The notes below the pieces were generated by a model. The model was not told where the DNA came from and searched no databases. It saw only the letters and a list, made by a program, of their open reading frames with translations. 64,000 nt of DNA from positions 96,100,001 through 96,164,000 of the forward strand of contig NC_043003.1 in NCBI RefSeq assembly GCF_006345805.1. The letters are read 5' to 3'. This stretch comes from Octopus sinensis (lineage: Eukaryota). The translations under genes were made by a program, and so were the position numbers. Shown in pieces: positions 12,591-24,225 of the stretch (position 1 is its first letter; every line of letters begins with the position of its first letter).

Positions 12591-12802
12591 TTCAAAATGT
12601 GACCTCGTGTGTACCGTTGGCGATTTTTTTTCCTCTGTCTTCCCTTCTCTGGATCTTTCCTTCTCCTATGTTTCCGACGAAGAGCTCCGCTCGAAACGTT
12701 AAACCCTCCTTCTTCCTTTCTTTCCGAGCGTCCAATAATACTATATTTGTTCCACGTCCTCGCGTTGTTGTGTTTTTTGTGTTTTCTTGTTTGGATTAAC
12801 TT
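12591..12802 (+). mobile_element. ~210-bp HHR-bearing unit (family H1)
   Basis: Near-identical to 47602-47812 with the same 5' start (AAAATGTGACC) and 3' end (GGATTAACTT). Set in TA-rich microsatellite. Confidence 0.8.
12670..12704 (+). ncRNA. Minimal type I HHR-like motif
   Basis: GUUU-CCGACGA-A-GAGC(UCC)GCUC-GAAA-CGU-U-AAAC. Confidence 0.6.
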
Positions 12803-13089
12803 TATATTTATATATATATATCATTGTCTGTCTGTCTCTTTGTTGTTTTAGCTACCACTCAGTCATAAGTCCACTGACTTAAAACCAAAGACATTCTAGC
12901 ACTCTTTCATTTAGACATTGTGCATCTAGTACTAATTTGTCCAATGTGCCATTCCTTTATGAAGGTGTTAAGGTGCAATCTGAGAAAAATGTGCCTTTGA
13001 CTTTTTCTATCCAAAAGGGTCAACCCAATGTTTATAGCTTTACGTGTTTTGAGTAACACTGTTCCAAGGAAAGAATTGTTATTGTTGTT

Positions 13090-13330
13090 ATTGCTGTTAT
13101 TAAGGTGGTAAGCTGTCAGAATGATAAGTTTGCTGGGCAAAATGCTCTGTGGCATTTTGACCATTTTCATGTTCTAAGTTCAAATTTTACTGAGGTCGTC
13201 TTTGCCTTTTATCCTTTAAGGGATGATGAAATAAGTACCAGCTGAGCATTAGGGTTGATGTAATCAACTAGTCATCTTCCACACCACCAAATTTCAAGCC
13301 TGGTGCCTATAGTAGAAAGGATTATTGCTA
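13090..13330 (+). mobile_element. Degenerate SINE family E
   Basis: TTAAGGTGGTAAGCTG...AGTTCAAAT...GAGGTCG.CTTTGCCTTT.ATCCTTT...AAGTACCAG, as in 55215-55455. Confidence 0.65.
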
Positions 13331-13919
13331 TTATTGTTAATATTGACTTGGTGAACTGGTAGAATCATTAACATGCTGGACAAAATGCTTAGTGACAATT
13401 CTTCCAGGTTTACATTCTAAGTTCAAATTTCATTGAGGTCTACTTTGCTTTTCGTCCTTTCTTCTATGGTCGCGCTGCTTTCTCGGATTCCCATGACTCG
13501 CTGTCATCATCCAAGTCCATTATTATAAATTTGAATTAGAAGTTTGAGCCATAGTGAATCTTTCATTAGCTGATTACACAACCATGGATGTGTTGTAGTT
13601 GCTCTCTTGATAGAGCTTGGTGATCCTGACTGTTGATCTTTTAGAATTCCTCTGCTCAGCATCATTGTAAGAAGCACTGTTGGCTCAGGTGAGCCCTTCC
13701 ACCACCTCTTTACACTCTGCCATGCTACAGTCCCATGACTTTGCCACATCCCTATCCCTATGCAGAGCACAGTCATCACTCATTGAGGTATTTCCAAACT
13801 ACCCACATACCTGTAAATACCTTTCAGGACTGATAAAATAAGTATCAGTCAAGTACTGGACTTGATGTAATCAAGTAGCACACCTCCCGAAAAATTTCAG
13901 GCCTTGTGCTCATAGCAGA

Positions 13920-13967
<48 letters not shown>

Positions 13968-13968
<1 letters not shown>

Positions 13969-14193
13969 TGCAGGTGGCACGTAAAAAGCACCCACTACAC
14001 TCACGGAGTGGTTGGCGTTAGGAAGGGCATCCAGCTGTAGAAACACTGCCAGATCAGACTGGGGCCTGGTGCAGCTTTCTGGCTTCCCAGATCCCTGGTC
14101 GAACTGTCCAACCCATGCTAGCATGGAGAACGGACATTAAACGATGAATAATAATAATAATAATAATAATAATATATAATAATAATAATAATA

Positions 14194-14236
<43 letters not shown>

Positions 14237-14412
14237 TGCAGGTGGCACGTAAAAAGCACCCACTACACTCACGGAGTGGTTGGCGTTAGGAAGGGCATCC
14301 AGCTGTAGAAACACTGCCAGATCAGACTGGGGCCTGGTGCAGCTTTCTGGCTTCCCAGATCCCTGGTCGAACTGTCCAACCCATGCTAGCATGGAGAACG
14401 GACATTAAACGA

Positions 14413-14413
<1 letters not shown>
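13968..14413 (+). repeat. Tandem duplication of a ~180-bp RTE-tail/SINE D segment separated by (AAT)n
   Basis: 13968-14146 and 14236-14413 appear identical (offset 268), bracketed by (AAT)n. Confidence 0.9.
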
Positions 14414-14448
<35 letters not shown>

Positions 14449-14462
14449 TAATAATAATAATG

Positions 14463-14500
<38 letters not shown>

Positions 14501-14721
14501 GGCAACAAGCTGGCTGGATCATTAGTGCATCTGACAAAAATGTCTAGTGACATTTCTTCAGGATCTTTATGTTCTGTTTCAAATTCTGCTGAGGGCAACT
14601 TTGCCTCGCATCCTTTCAGGGGTCAGTAAGATAAAGTGTGAGTCCAGTCCTGGGGATGATGCTATTGACTGAACCCTTCTATTGAACTTCAGGGCCTTGT
14701 GCTTACATTAATAACCATTAT

Positions 14722-14946
14722 TTACCCTTTAACATTTAAACTGGCCATATCTGGAACAAATATTCTACGTGCTTTATGTTCAAACTAGCCAGATCTGGTT
14801 CCTTACACCTATTGTATGAAGTTATTCTAAAAATAATTAATCACATCATCTAAATCTTGAAGCTATGAGACTGCATGATTAATTCAAAACAATGCTAATA
14901 AATAAGCATTACATTTGACAGAGTAATCTGAATGCTATAGGGTTAA
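14722..14946. mobile_element. piggyBac-type MITE (family P1)
   Basis: TTAC-CCTTT...TAGGG-TTAA ends. Same family as 20579-20806, 21280-21483 and 63517-63732. Confidence 0.7.
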
Positions 14947-15082
14947 TATTGTTGTTGTTTTTTAAATTAATTGATATATTTATTAAATCCATTTACAGTC
15001 AGGTTTACTTCCTAAATAAATAAATAAATAAATAAATAAATATATATGTGTATATAAATAAATATATATGTATATATAATAA

Positions 15083-15171
<89 letters not shown>

Positions 15172-15374
15172 TATACACATATATATAATCCTGCCAGCAT
15201 GGAAGGAAAACATTAAATGATGATATATATATATATATTATTGTTTACACACCCGTCTTTATCTTTTGTTTTTTTGTTTTTTGGTAAATTTGTAAATTCC
15301 AACTAGATATATATATACACACACCATTGGGGTCAGGGTGTGTGTATATATATATATATATGTTTATATATACT

Positions 15375-15720
15375 CTTTTACTTGTTTCAGTCATTTGACT
15401 GTGGCCATGCTGGAGCACCACTTTTAGTTGAGAAAATCGACCCCAGGACTAATTCTTTGTAAGCCTAGTACTATTCTATCGGTCCCTTTGGCCGAACCGC
15501 TAAGTTACGGGGACATAAACACACCAGCATTGGTTGCCAAGCTATGTTGGGGAGACAAACATATACATGCACGTATATATATATATATATATATATACAA
15601 CAGGCTTCTTTCAGTTTCTGCCTACCAAATCCACTCACAAGGCTTTGGTTGGCCCGAGGCTATTGTAGAAGACACTTGCTCAAGGTGCCACACAGTGAGA
15701 CAGAACCCAGAACCATGTGG
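15375..15720 (-). mobile_element. SINE family C copy
   Basis: Homology to 16153-16545. Confidence 0.8.
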
Positions 15721-16152
15721 TTTGTGTGTATATATATATATATATATATATTTATTTATGAACATATGTCTACATACCAAAATACATATATATCAGTACA
15801 CTCTTACCATATTTATGCCTTTCATATCCTTAATTGTTCTATCCACTAAACTACTATCAACTTGAATGTCCAGGCTCTCTGTTGAGAACCCCTTTTGCTC
15901 ATGCCTCATTGAATACCCAGTCATAATAGCACTTCTTTTCAGAGTAAGGGGCTGTTATCATTCTATGACTTGATTTACTCAAAGATGACTTGATTTACTC
16001 ACAGACCAGAATATCTCACACTTTTGAGCTTCACAAGTATCAATTTCTAGTTTTTCAGCAGTCTTATAAAGCCTGAGAAGATCACAGGTATGGTATCCTC
16101 CTTGTAGATGAAACTACAGTAAAAAAAAAAAAAAATTCAAATTGAAACTAGC

Positions 16153-16545
16153 TAGGAGTGGCTGTGTGGTAAGTAGCTTGCTAACCAACCACATGGTTCC
16201 GGGTTCAGTCCCACTGCATGGCATCTTGGGCAAGTGTCTTCTGCTATAGCCCTGGGCCGACCAATGCCTTGTGAGTGGATTTGGTAGACGGAAACTGAAA
16301 GAAGCCTGTCGTATATATGTATATATATGTATATGTATGTGTGTGTTTGTGTGTCTGTGTTTGTCCCCCTAGCATTGCTTGACAACCGATGCTGGTGTGT
16401 TTACGTCCCCGTCACTTAGCGGTTCGACAAAAGAGACCGATAGAATAAGTACTGGGCTTACAAAGAATAAGTCTCAGGGTCGATTTGCTCGACTAAAGGC
16501 GGTGCTCCAGCATGGCCACAGTGAAATGACTGAAATAAGTAAAAA
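16153..16545 (+). mobile_element. Full-length tRNA-derived SINE family C with internal (TA)/(TG) microsatellite
   Basis: GGAGTGGCTGTGTGGTAAG head, GGGTTCAGTCCC B-box-like motif and 3' ...AAATGACTGAAATAAGTAAAA. Many copies in the window. Confidence 0.9.
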
Positions 16546-16909
16546 AAAATAGTTGGTATGCTAAACGAAATAGTTTATGCTAATTTTAAAATCCTTTAGA
16601 CCTTTGTTCAATTTACTTCTCATTTCTTATTAGTACAATAACTTATGTACTAAGATCAGTTCATTCAGTTACAACTGCCCACCCCCAATAGAAAAATTTA
16701 AAGAATAAAGCCAATTCTCATCCTAACTGAAGCAAAATGTTATTGGTATTTTTTTGCCAAGTGTGGTCTTGATAGCTAGCCTACAGACATGTTTTAAATT
16801 CTTGCTTGAAATATCTTGTAGGGCCTGAGGATGTCATAGGGATAGTGTCATCCTCATGGATGAAACTACAGTAAAAAATACCAAGTTTAAACTAGTTATA
16901 GTTGACAAG

Positions 16910-17129
16910 TTAACCCTTTCGTTACCACATTTATTTTGAGATGCCCTGTGTTTCTTTGAATTACTTTAAATATAACAAAGAATTTAGTAAAATAACTTAG
17001 TTATCATGTTAGGAACATAAATTGTGACTAAGGTTTGGTGGAAGATTTTAATTCAGAACTTATGAAAACAAGACATTTGTACTACAGAGCCAGAGCCGGT
17101 TTAAGCCGGGTTGGTAACGAAAGGGTTAA
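16910..17129. mobile_element. piggyBac-type MITE (family P2)
   Basis: Perfect TTAA-CCCTTTCGTTACC ... GGTAACGAAAGGG-TTAA termini. Confidence 0.85.
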
Positions 17130-17260
17130 ACTAAATAGTTTATGCTATAGTGCTATAATTGTTCCATACATTGTTCATTGTATGTTCCATTACTGTATCA
17201 TACATACTGCCAGAATAGAACTATGCATGATATCATAATGCCATGATAATACCTTACATA

Positions 17261-17313
17261 ATAATAATAACATGGATTCTAATGTACAACATTAGAATCC
17301 ATGTTATTATTAT
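17261..17313. repeat. Perfect 25-bp hairpin with a 3-nt loop
   Basis: ATAATAATAACATGGATTCTAATGT-ACA-ACATTAGAATCCATGTTATTATTAT. Confidence 0.9.
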
Positions 17314-17535
17314 ATCAGAAATATTGAATTTCTAAATGTCTCAAAGAGACATGAGCGGTGGTGGAGCGATAGAGTGGTTGTATACAGTCAACATAACATG
17401 ACAGTCCCGTATGGGAATTACACCACCACTGTTTAGCCCTTGGAAGCATCGACGCTTCCTGTCGGCTTTGACATATTTCCTGTGTCCTTATATTTGTGAA
17501 GGGGAGGCAAGCACCCCCACCAGCCAAGATTCACA

Positions 17536-17582
17536 CCTGAGGACATGCATGTTTCTGGGTCTTAACCCGTCATCAGCCCAGG
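17536..17582 (-). ncRNA. Type I hammerhead ribozyme
   Basis: CCUGGG-CUGAUGA-C-GGGU(UAAG)ACCC-A-GAAAC-AUGCAUGU-C^CUCAGG. 6-bp stem I, canonical core, GUC triplet. Confidence 0.85.
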
Positions 17583-17608
17583 ATAGTGAGATCTGCTGAT
17601 CTCACTAT

Positions 17609-17653
17609 CCTGGGCTGATGACTGGTTAAGACCCAGAAACATGCATGTCCTCA
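17609..17653 (+). ncRNA. Type I hammerhead ribozyme (inverted partner)
   Basis: UGGG-CUGAUGA-C-UGGU(UAAG)ACCC-A-GAAAC-AUGCAUGU-C^CUCA. Confidence 0.8.
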
Positions 17654-18214
17654 AATATAAGGACACAGGAAATGTGTCAAAGCCGACAGGAAGCATTCGA
17701 TGCTTCCTAGGGCTAAACAGCGGTGGTGTAATTTCCATACAGGACTGTCACGTTAAGTTGACAGTATACAACCACTGGTTATTATTATAGTTGTTGATAT
17801 AATTAATTGTTCACTGATGAAGAGTAGAATCTAAGCTGTTTGTGAGTGCATAACATGGCTTTCATTCATGGTTGTGGTTGGCTTATTTCTCTTAAGAAAG
17901 GCATCAACACCACAACCTCACATTTATGCATTTGCCAAAGACAATACAGCTAAAACTACCCATCAATACATGACACTTATTAATCTTTCATATTCTACTT
18001 GTTTCAGTCACCACTTTAAAGAGTTTTAGTCGAACAAATCAACCACATTACTTATTATTTTAAAATCTTGTACTTAACTTTTCCATTCCGCTCTTCTACT
18101 GAACTGTTGTTATGGGGAAGTAAACAAACACTGGTTGTCAAGCGGTGGAGGGAAAAAAACAAACTCAGACACAAGGATATATAAATGTGCGTGCACACAC
18201 ACACACACACACAT

Positions 18215-18243
18215 CTTTATCTATCTATCTGTCTATCTATCTG

Positions 18244-18298
<55 letters not shown>

Positions 18299-18313
18299 GT
18301 CTGTCTGTCTGTG

Positions 18314-18352
<39 letters not shown>

Positions 18353-18372
18353 TTATCTATCTATCTATCAAT
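18215..18372. repeat. (CTAT)n/(CTGT)n microsatellite
   Basis: Read directly. Confidence 0.95.
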
Positions 18373-19059
18373 GTTTATAGAGAATCCTGGATGAGCTCAA
18401 TTGTTTGTCTAACCCATGCCACCATGGAAAGCAGACACTAAATGATGATGATCACACACACACACACACACACAAATGACAGTCTTCTTTTACTTTGCAT
18501 CCGCCAAACCCACTCACAAGATTTTGTTTTGGTCTGGGACTTTAATAGACGACATTTGCCCAAGTTGCCATGCAGTAGGACTGAACCCAAGACCACATGA
18601 CTGGGAAATGAACTTCTTAACCACACAACCATAAACCATTTCTGTGTCTACTGTGCAAAAAAAAAAAAAAAAAAAGAAAAACAAATGTGACTGATTTGAT
18701 CTGATCACAGTCACATATGATATATATTATATTGAATGATTAATTAGAAACCTGTTTCATCTGTTTTTATATCTTCTCTTAGAGACTGTAAATGGAATGC
18801 TTAAAACAAAATTCGCTTAACAGCAAAAATTGTTTTTAATTTCATATCAGCTTTTAAATAACAAATTGATTTCACAAGATATGTTCTCATGATGTGCCAC
18901 AGAAAGATGTCATGTGCTCACATGCAACTCTCAGTGCATGTATGCATATGTGCGTGAGCGGGTGTATATGTTTGCATGCATGAATGTACTTAAAGTAATC
19001 TAATGCTCCTGACAGCATGTCAAGGCTGTTGTTATCTTCCAATAACAAAAATAGATTGT

Positions 19060-19260
19060 TCAACAAATGTGGTTCTTGAGTTTTGTAGAAGGTCAGCAAT
19101 TGATCAGAACTGAAGTATTTTCTGGATCTGAAGAGGATTCATGGTCCTTTGGGTGCAGATTTTGCCATGCTATGTATGTTGGTTGGGGTGAGGGGTTGCC
19201 AGAAAAGATCATTGTTGATTATGAAACGAAACATTTGCAGTAACTTGGAGGGGTTTTCAA
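19060..19260 (-). mobile_element. Decayed CR1/L2-like LINE ORF2 fragment (post-RT region)
   Basis: Minus translation IINNDLFWQP...AKSAPKGP*ILFRSRKYFSSDQLLTFYKTQ resembles the LxW...LFRxRKYF...LLxLYKxQVRP region of CR1-like ORF2s. Confidence 0.65.
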
Positions 19261-20054
19261 AAGCAGATAAGATACAAGATTGATTCTTTGATATGTGAAG
19301 TGACTGTTTTGTTTTTCAAAAAGGCTGGATTGTCATGACTCCATTGGAGAATTAGTAAGATCTATATATTGACAATGAATTAAATATTGTTGTTTCTAGT
19401 AGCCTAATGTACACGGCATGATGTCAATATCGATAACGTCTTTTTTTAAGGAAAATAGATATGTTCATGTGTGTGTGTGTACATGTGCGTGTGTGTATAT
19501 GTGTGTGTTTCCTGCTCAGGCTTTTGCAGTTAATGTCTGACAGATGAACTTTATACAGATATTGTTTGAAGTAGATTGTAATTTTTTCCATCCCAGTATT
19601 TAAGATGACCATGCGAGAAAGCTTTTGTTATTTACTTACTCAGCCTTCTTACAACAAAAATTGTTTCTCTCTCAAGAAACTTCTAAAATACTCTAAAAGG
19701 ATAATCACTCTTTCAAATCCTCAATCCTTTAATCAGTTCCTCACAATAAAGAAAATAATGCCAAGGTTAAACGCATCTGTCAAATACATGACTGGACTGG
19801 CTGCTTTTGATTTATAATTCTATTCAAGCATTGTAGACTGGTCTCTTTGCAATTATATATCCACGTAATGTAACAGTTTAGCAAAAGAGACTGATAGAAT
19901 AAGTACTAGGCTTACAAAGCATAAGTCCTGGGATTGATTCGTTCAGCTGGGAGCGGTGCTCTAGCATGGCCTCAATCAAATGACTGAAACAGAGAAAAGG
20001 AAATAATGTATACACACACGCACACACACACACACATACATATATAACGATAAA

Positions 20055-20330
20055 GACGTCCACTTCCTTCTTTGGTCATGAATGACCATGGGGTTGCACC
20101 CAGAAAGTTCCCTTCCAATATACAAGTCTGGGCAAGGTTGTTTTGTGGAAGACCAGCAGTTGCCCATGAATACTTGTCTCTCCTTTCCATGCCACCAATG
20201 TTGTCCGAGGGAAAGGCAAAAGCCGGTTCAGCTTGGTACCAGTGACGTCACAACTCATTTCTACAGCTGAGTGAATAGGAGCAACATAAAATAAAGTGTT
20301 TTTGCTCATGAACATAACACACAACCTGGT
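20055..20330 (-). mobile_element. SINE variant with family A-like core and a different 3' tail (family F)
   Basis: Minus strand GTGTG...GAGCAAAAACACTTTATTTTATGTTGCTCC core. Related copy at 62240-62480. Confidence 0.6.
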
Positions 20331-20578
20331 CTATAAATAACAAAAGAGAAAACGTGAACTATATTTTACAGCATGAATCATTTGAAGCATTGAGGTTGTT
20401 TTTATGTACCAGCTCCAATTTCTAAAAGATTTTGCTGATTCATTATTAACAACAAATATTAATATTTAACAATATACATCTATATGGCAGAGTCTCTATT
20501 GTCACTCAATCTGTGCAGATAAACTGCCAAATCTACTTCAACAAACTTCCTACCTTATTTAAAATTTCTAGCACAAAT

Positions 20579-20806
20579 TTAACCCTGTGGCATTTGGATT
20601 ACTCTGTCAAATGCAATGCTTATGTATCCACATTCTTTTGAATTGATCCTGTATTATCTCATAGCTTTGAAATTTTGATGAAATGATTGCATATTTTTAG
20701 AATGACATTGTAGGTTAGGTGTGAGAGGCTGAATCTGGCTGGTTTGAACACGAAACAGGTAGAATATTGGAGCTGGATATGGCCTGTTTAAATATTAAAG
20801 GGTTAA
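20579..20806. mobile_element. piggyBac-type MITE (family P1)
   Basis: TTAA-CCCTG...AAAGGG-TTAA. Confidence 0.75.
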
Positions 20807-21279
20807 AGTCGTAATTTTAATTTCTGATTAGAACACTAACCGAAGGCTAAATTGTAGTTGACCTCTAGTTGCTTTTAGAGACATTTTAACTAACTACTTC
20901 TAAGCTTTTCTCTGCAGAACCTTAATATAGAAGTAGCTTGTTAAAATCATGATGCCACTGCCAACAAAAGCAAGTCTATTATTTTTTGGGTGGAGTCTGG
21001 TGCAGCTGTCCAGTTTGCTAGCCCTGGTCAAACCATCCAACCCATGTGAGCATGGACCACAGATGTTAAATGGTGATGAGGATGATGATGACTGGATACC
21101 TTTCTTTAATGTTAATTTTATTACAAGCTTTCTTAAAAGTAAATTATCATAGCCTAAATTTTGCTGTTATTTCTTCTTTAATAAACTTAGTTATATATTA
21201 AAAAAAAACCATGGAAAATAAAATGTAATATGGAGCAAGGATTAATTTTTGTTGCTGCTTAGTTTCATGGCAACTTTGA

Positions 21280-21483
21280 TTAACTCTTTATCATTCAAAT
21301 TAAATTATAATTCTTATTTATTGGCATTGTTTTGAATTAATCAGGCATTATTTTGTACCTTCAAAATTTTGATGATGTGCTTGTATAGTTTTAGAATGAC
21401 AATATAAATTAAGTATGAAAACATTAATCTGGCTGGTTGAATATTTTGGCCAGATATGGCTGGTTTAAATGCTAGAGGGTTAA
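21280..21483. mobile_element. piggyBac-type MITE (family P1, degenerate)
   Basis: TTAA-CTCTTTA...TAGAGGG-TTAA. Confidence 0.65.
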
Positions 21484-21899
21484 ACTAACCTAGGATCAAC
21501 GACATTTCAACTGTGACCATCATGTCTTCTCTTTTGATACACTATATCCAAGATTCATTCTCCAACATATACTTCCTTATTTAATACATTTACATGTAAT
21601 TTGAAGGAGATTTAGGTTGTGTTTCTTTTCAGGGACCTCATTCCAGTTTGGTTAATGCTTATCTCTGTTGATAGAATTGTACAATGAGACATGTATCCTC
21701 TTGGATAAGCTGCCAATATTCTGCAGCAACCTTATCTGGCAAAAGGGTTTGAAATCAGCACTATAAGCTGAGGATTTACTCATCAGTTTTATAGTTCCAC
21801 TTCTGCTGACAGTAAAGAACTCTATTACTTGATGTTCCTGTTTAAAACTAACGCTTTTATTTTATTCCTTTGCCAATGTCTAGAACAAAGGGCAATGCC

Positions 21900-22100
21900 C
21901 ATGTCCAGCATAGGTCTCACAAGACTGAGATAGATGCCATTAACATTCTGCAAAGACTTGCAGTTTGACATCTGTAAGGAAGACATCAGCAAAGAAAGGA
22001 GTTCCAAGGAAGCCAGTGTTCTGGAAAGGAAGTAACTGGATGTAGTAGTTAGTGCAGTGCATGGGGTGATTGGACACAAAATGGGTGCTGAGAAGCGGTG
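21900..22100 (-). mobile_element. Decayed CR1-like LINE ORF2 C-terminus
   Basis: Mosaic minus frames (HRFS...TNYY..SFLSRT.ASLWNS..ADVF...KLQVF.QNVNGIYL) resemble the ...SFFPRT..LWNSLP..VFP...NLQ.FK ending. Confidence 0.5.
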
Positions 22101-23349
22101 TTTCATTTGGTTGTTGAAATTAACTGTATTCACTACCTTTGTTCTCTTGTTCTTGTTGGGATACAGCTTACCTCACACATTAATAGTAAATTTTTTGTAG
22201 TAGATATTAATTTATCTATAGGTATCAATTCCTCAGCTTTTCATATAGAGTTGAGAACACAGCTTAGTTTCTTACTAAAGAAGAAATTAAGGTTTTTGCT
22301 AGTTTGGTATGTACATATATATATATAAATCTATTGCCTTGTAACGGAATTTGGTAGGTGGAAGTTGGCATTGTGTGTATATGAATGTTTGAAAGTGCTC
22401 ATGCCTCAGATAGACAGTCAGACAAGCAGATAGATAAACAAACTCATATTGCTATTTATGGCATTTTGGGAAGTTGATTCTGCCATGCGCTATGAAAGGA
22501 AAATTTGCACAGTGCATAGAAATAAATCAGTAACTGTTGGTCTGATAATGTCATGATGCAAGAATGGTTTAATAGAAATCAACAAAACAGTTGTAAACAA
22601 AGCAATAAATGCAATTTGCTAACTCCGTTCTTTGATATTATTTTACTGAATATTCTCTACGGATGCATCTGACTGATGAAAATCTGCCTCAACAAATTTT
22701 ATCTGACCAATGTAAGCTCAGCAAAGTGTACATTAAAATGATGATGATGATGATGATGATGACCATTGGTGGTGGTGGCAGCGACGACGACGACATTTAC
22801 TTTTAGGTTCTCTGCAATTCATGTAGACTGTCCAGAAACCTTATCGTTCATGGTCAGATAGTTTGACTCCTACGGTTTTATTCTTGTTAAATCATTTAAT
22901 AGTTTATGTGCAAATTGAAGTTATAATTGCAGAACCTCTGAGCTGTTTCTCCCCTCTCACACATTGATTATCAATGAGATAATACGTAAATGAGATAATC
23001 TGTAAGTTAGTGCAGTGGTACTTGCCATATGAAAATGCTCACAATATTTTAAGTCTATCTTAACTGTTTATTTATATAGTGTTTATTTCTCTGTGGAAAG
23101 CTACACCAGTAATTTTTGGGCTGTGCCAGAACAAAATGGAAAAATGAACAATTTGATTTGGATACTCAAAAGGATAGTAGTTTGTATCCTGTAACTAGCA
23201 ATGCATCATGCTTAGTACCAGATAATTATCTCTCCAGTACCTCCTAGGTACTGTAGAATAACATCAACTCACTGTTGTAAGCAACAGAAGTACTGTGAAA
23301 TTCATGAGAGACTTGCTGTCTCCTTGTGAGTGTAGCACGTTATCTAAGC

Positions 23350-23614
23350 CAGTGGTTTTCAACTGGTGTCCATATTGTCCTTGGTGGGGGTGTCCACATA
23401 AGATTTTGTTGTTAAAATCTATGTGCAATAAACTGGTTGCATTTCTACGATTCACAAAATATTTAAGCATTTTTTAAAAATACAATTCCTAATAATATTT
23501 AATCTTAAAAATATAATACATGTTTTTAGACATTGAATGGCTTTGAGGGCCCTACCCCTTGAGTAAAATAAGAATCAAAGGGGTTTATAGATAAAATATG
23601 GATGAGACCTGCAG
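23350..23614. mobile_element. hAT (Charlie-like) MITE
   Basis: Starts CAGTGGTTTTCAAC with a decayed right end. The 8-bp direct repeat ATCTAAGC flanks both sides (23342-23349, 23615-23622). Confidence 0.6.
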
Positions 23615-24184
23615 ATCTAAGCCTTTAGTGCTGTCTCTGTAACTAAATCTATCATAAAATACAGCAAAATGTAGTATAACTGGGTGAGATAAGTGCAGTT
23701 ATTGTTTAGAGTTCTATTTTATAAACACTAACTTTTTATTTAATTTTTATATCAATTTTTGCTTGTAAAAATGGATAAATGCTTTTACTTTTATTAGATA
23801 TAATGTTTTTACAGTTGGATGTTTTTCCAGTAGCTAACAACTCAATTATGATGCTAGTTTGGAAACCATTGTTAGTTGGGCAATCTGAGGCAAGCAGGAA
23901 ACCACCAAATAGCTAGTCCATATTTTAGCCATTTGAACCCAGTGATGCTGTGATCAGGCACTCAGCATTTTCAAAATGATTATTGAATTAACAATAACAA
24001 TAGTTTCAGCAATTATGGTGTGTAGACATAGATGTGTGGTTAAGAAGCTCACCTTGCATCTGCATGGTTTCAAGTTCAATCTCACTGCACAGCACTGAGA
24101 CATGTATAATCTACTATAGCCCCCTGGTCCAACTAATACATTTTGGATGAATTTGGTAGAGGGAAACTGTGGAAACTCATCATA

Positions 24185-24225
<41 letters not shown>

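Larger units (their letters stand above)
17373..17776. mobile_element. Palindromic (head-to-head inverted) HHR-bearing element
   Basis: 17373-17593 is the reverse complement of 17598-17776 (~90% identity), except for an ~42-nt segment missing from the right arm. 4-nt spacer TGCT. Confidence 0.85.

Noticed and set aside
13935-14460. Repeat-spacer-repeat pattern reminiscent of CRISPR
   Set aside because: Eukaryotic context. The units are identical retroelement tails separated by microsatellite, not unique spacers.
21730-21795. Minus-strand CUGAUGA followed by a UCAGC/GCUGA hairpin
   Set aside because: No GAAA box and no stem I pairing.
21863-21967. Possible plus-strand terminal exon after a pyrimidine-rich TAG acceptor
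   Set aside because: It overlaps the antisense of a decayed CR1-like LINE C-terminus.
23140-23247. Short open frame RTKWKNEQFDLDTQKDSSLYPV..., resembling a homeodomain C-terminal tail
   Set aside because: Only a 5-residue resemblance, a weak acceptor and no upstream homeobox exon found.
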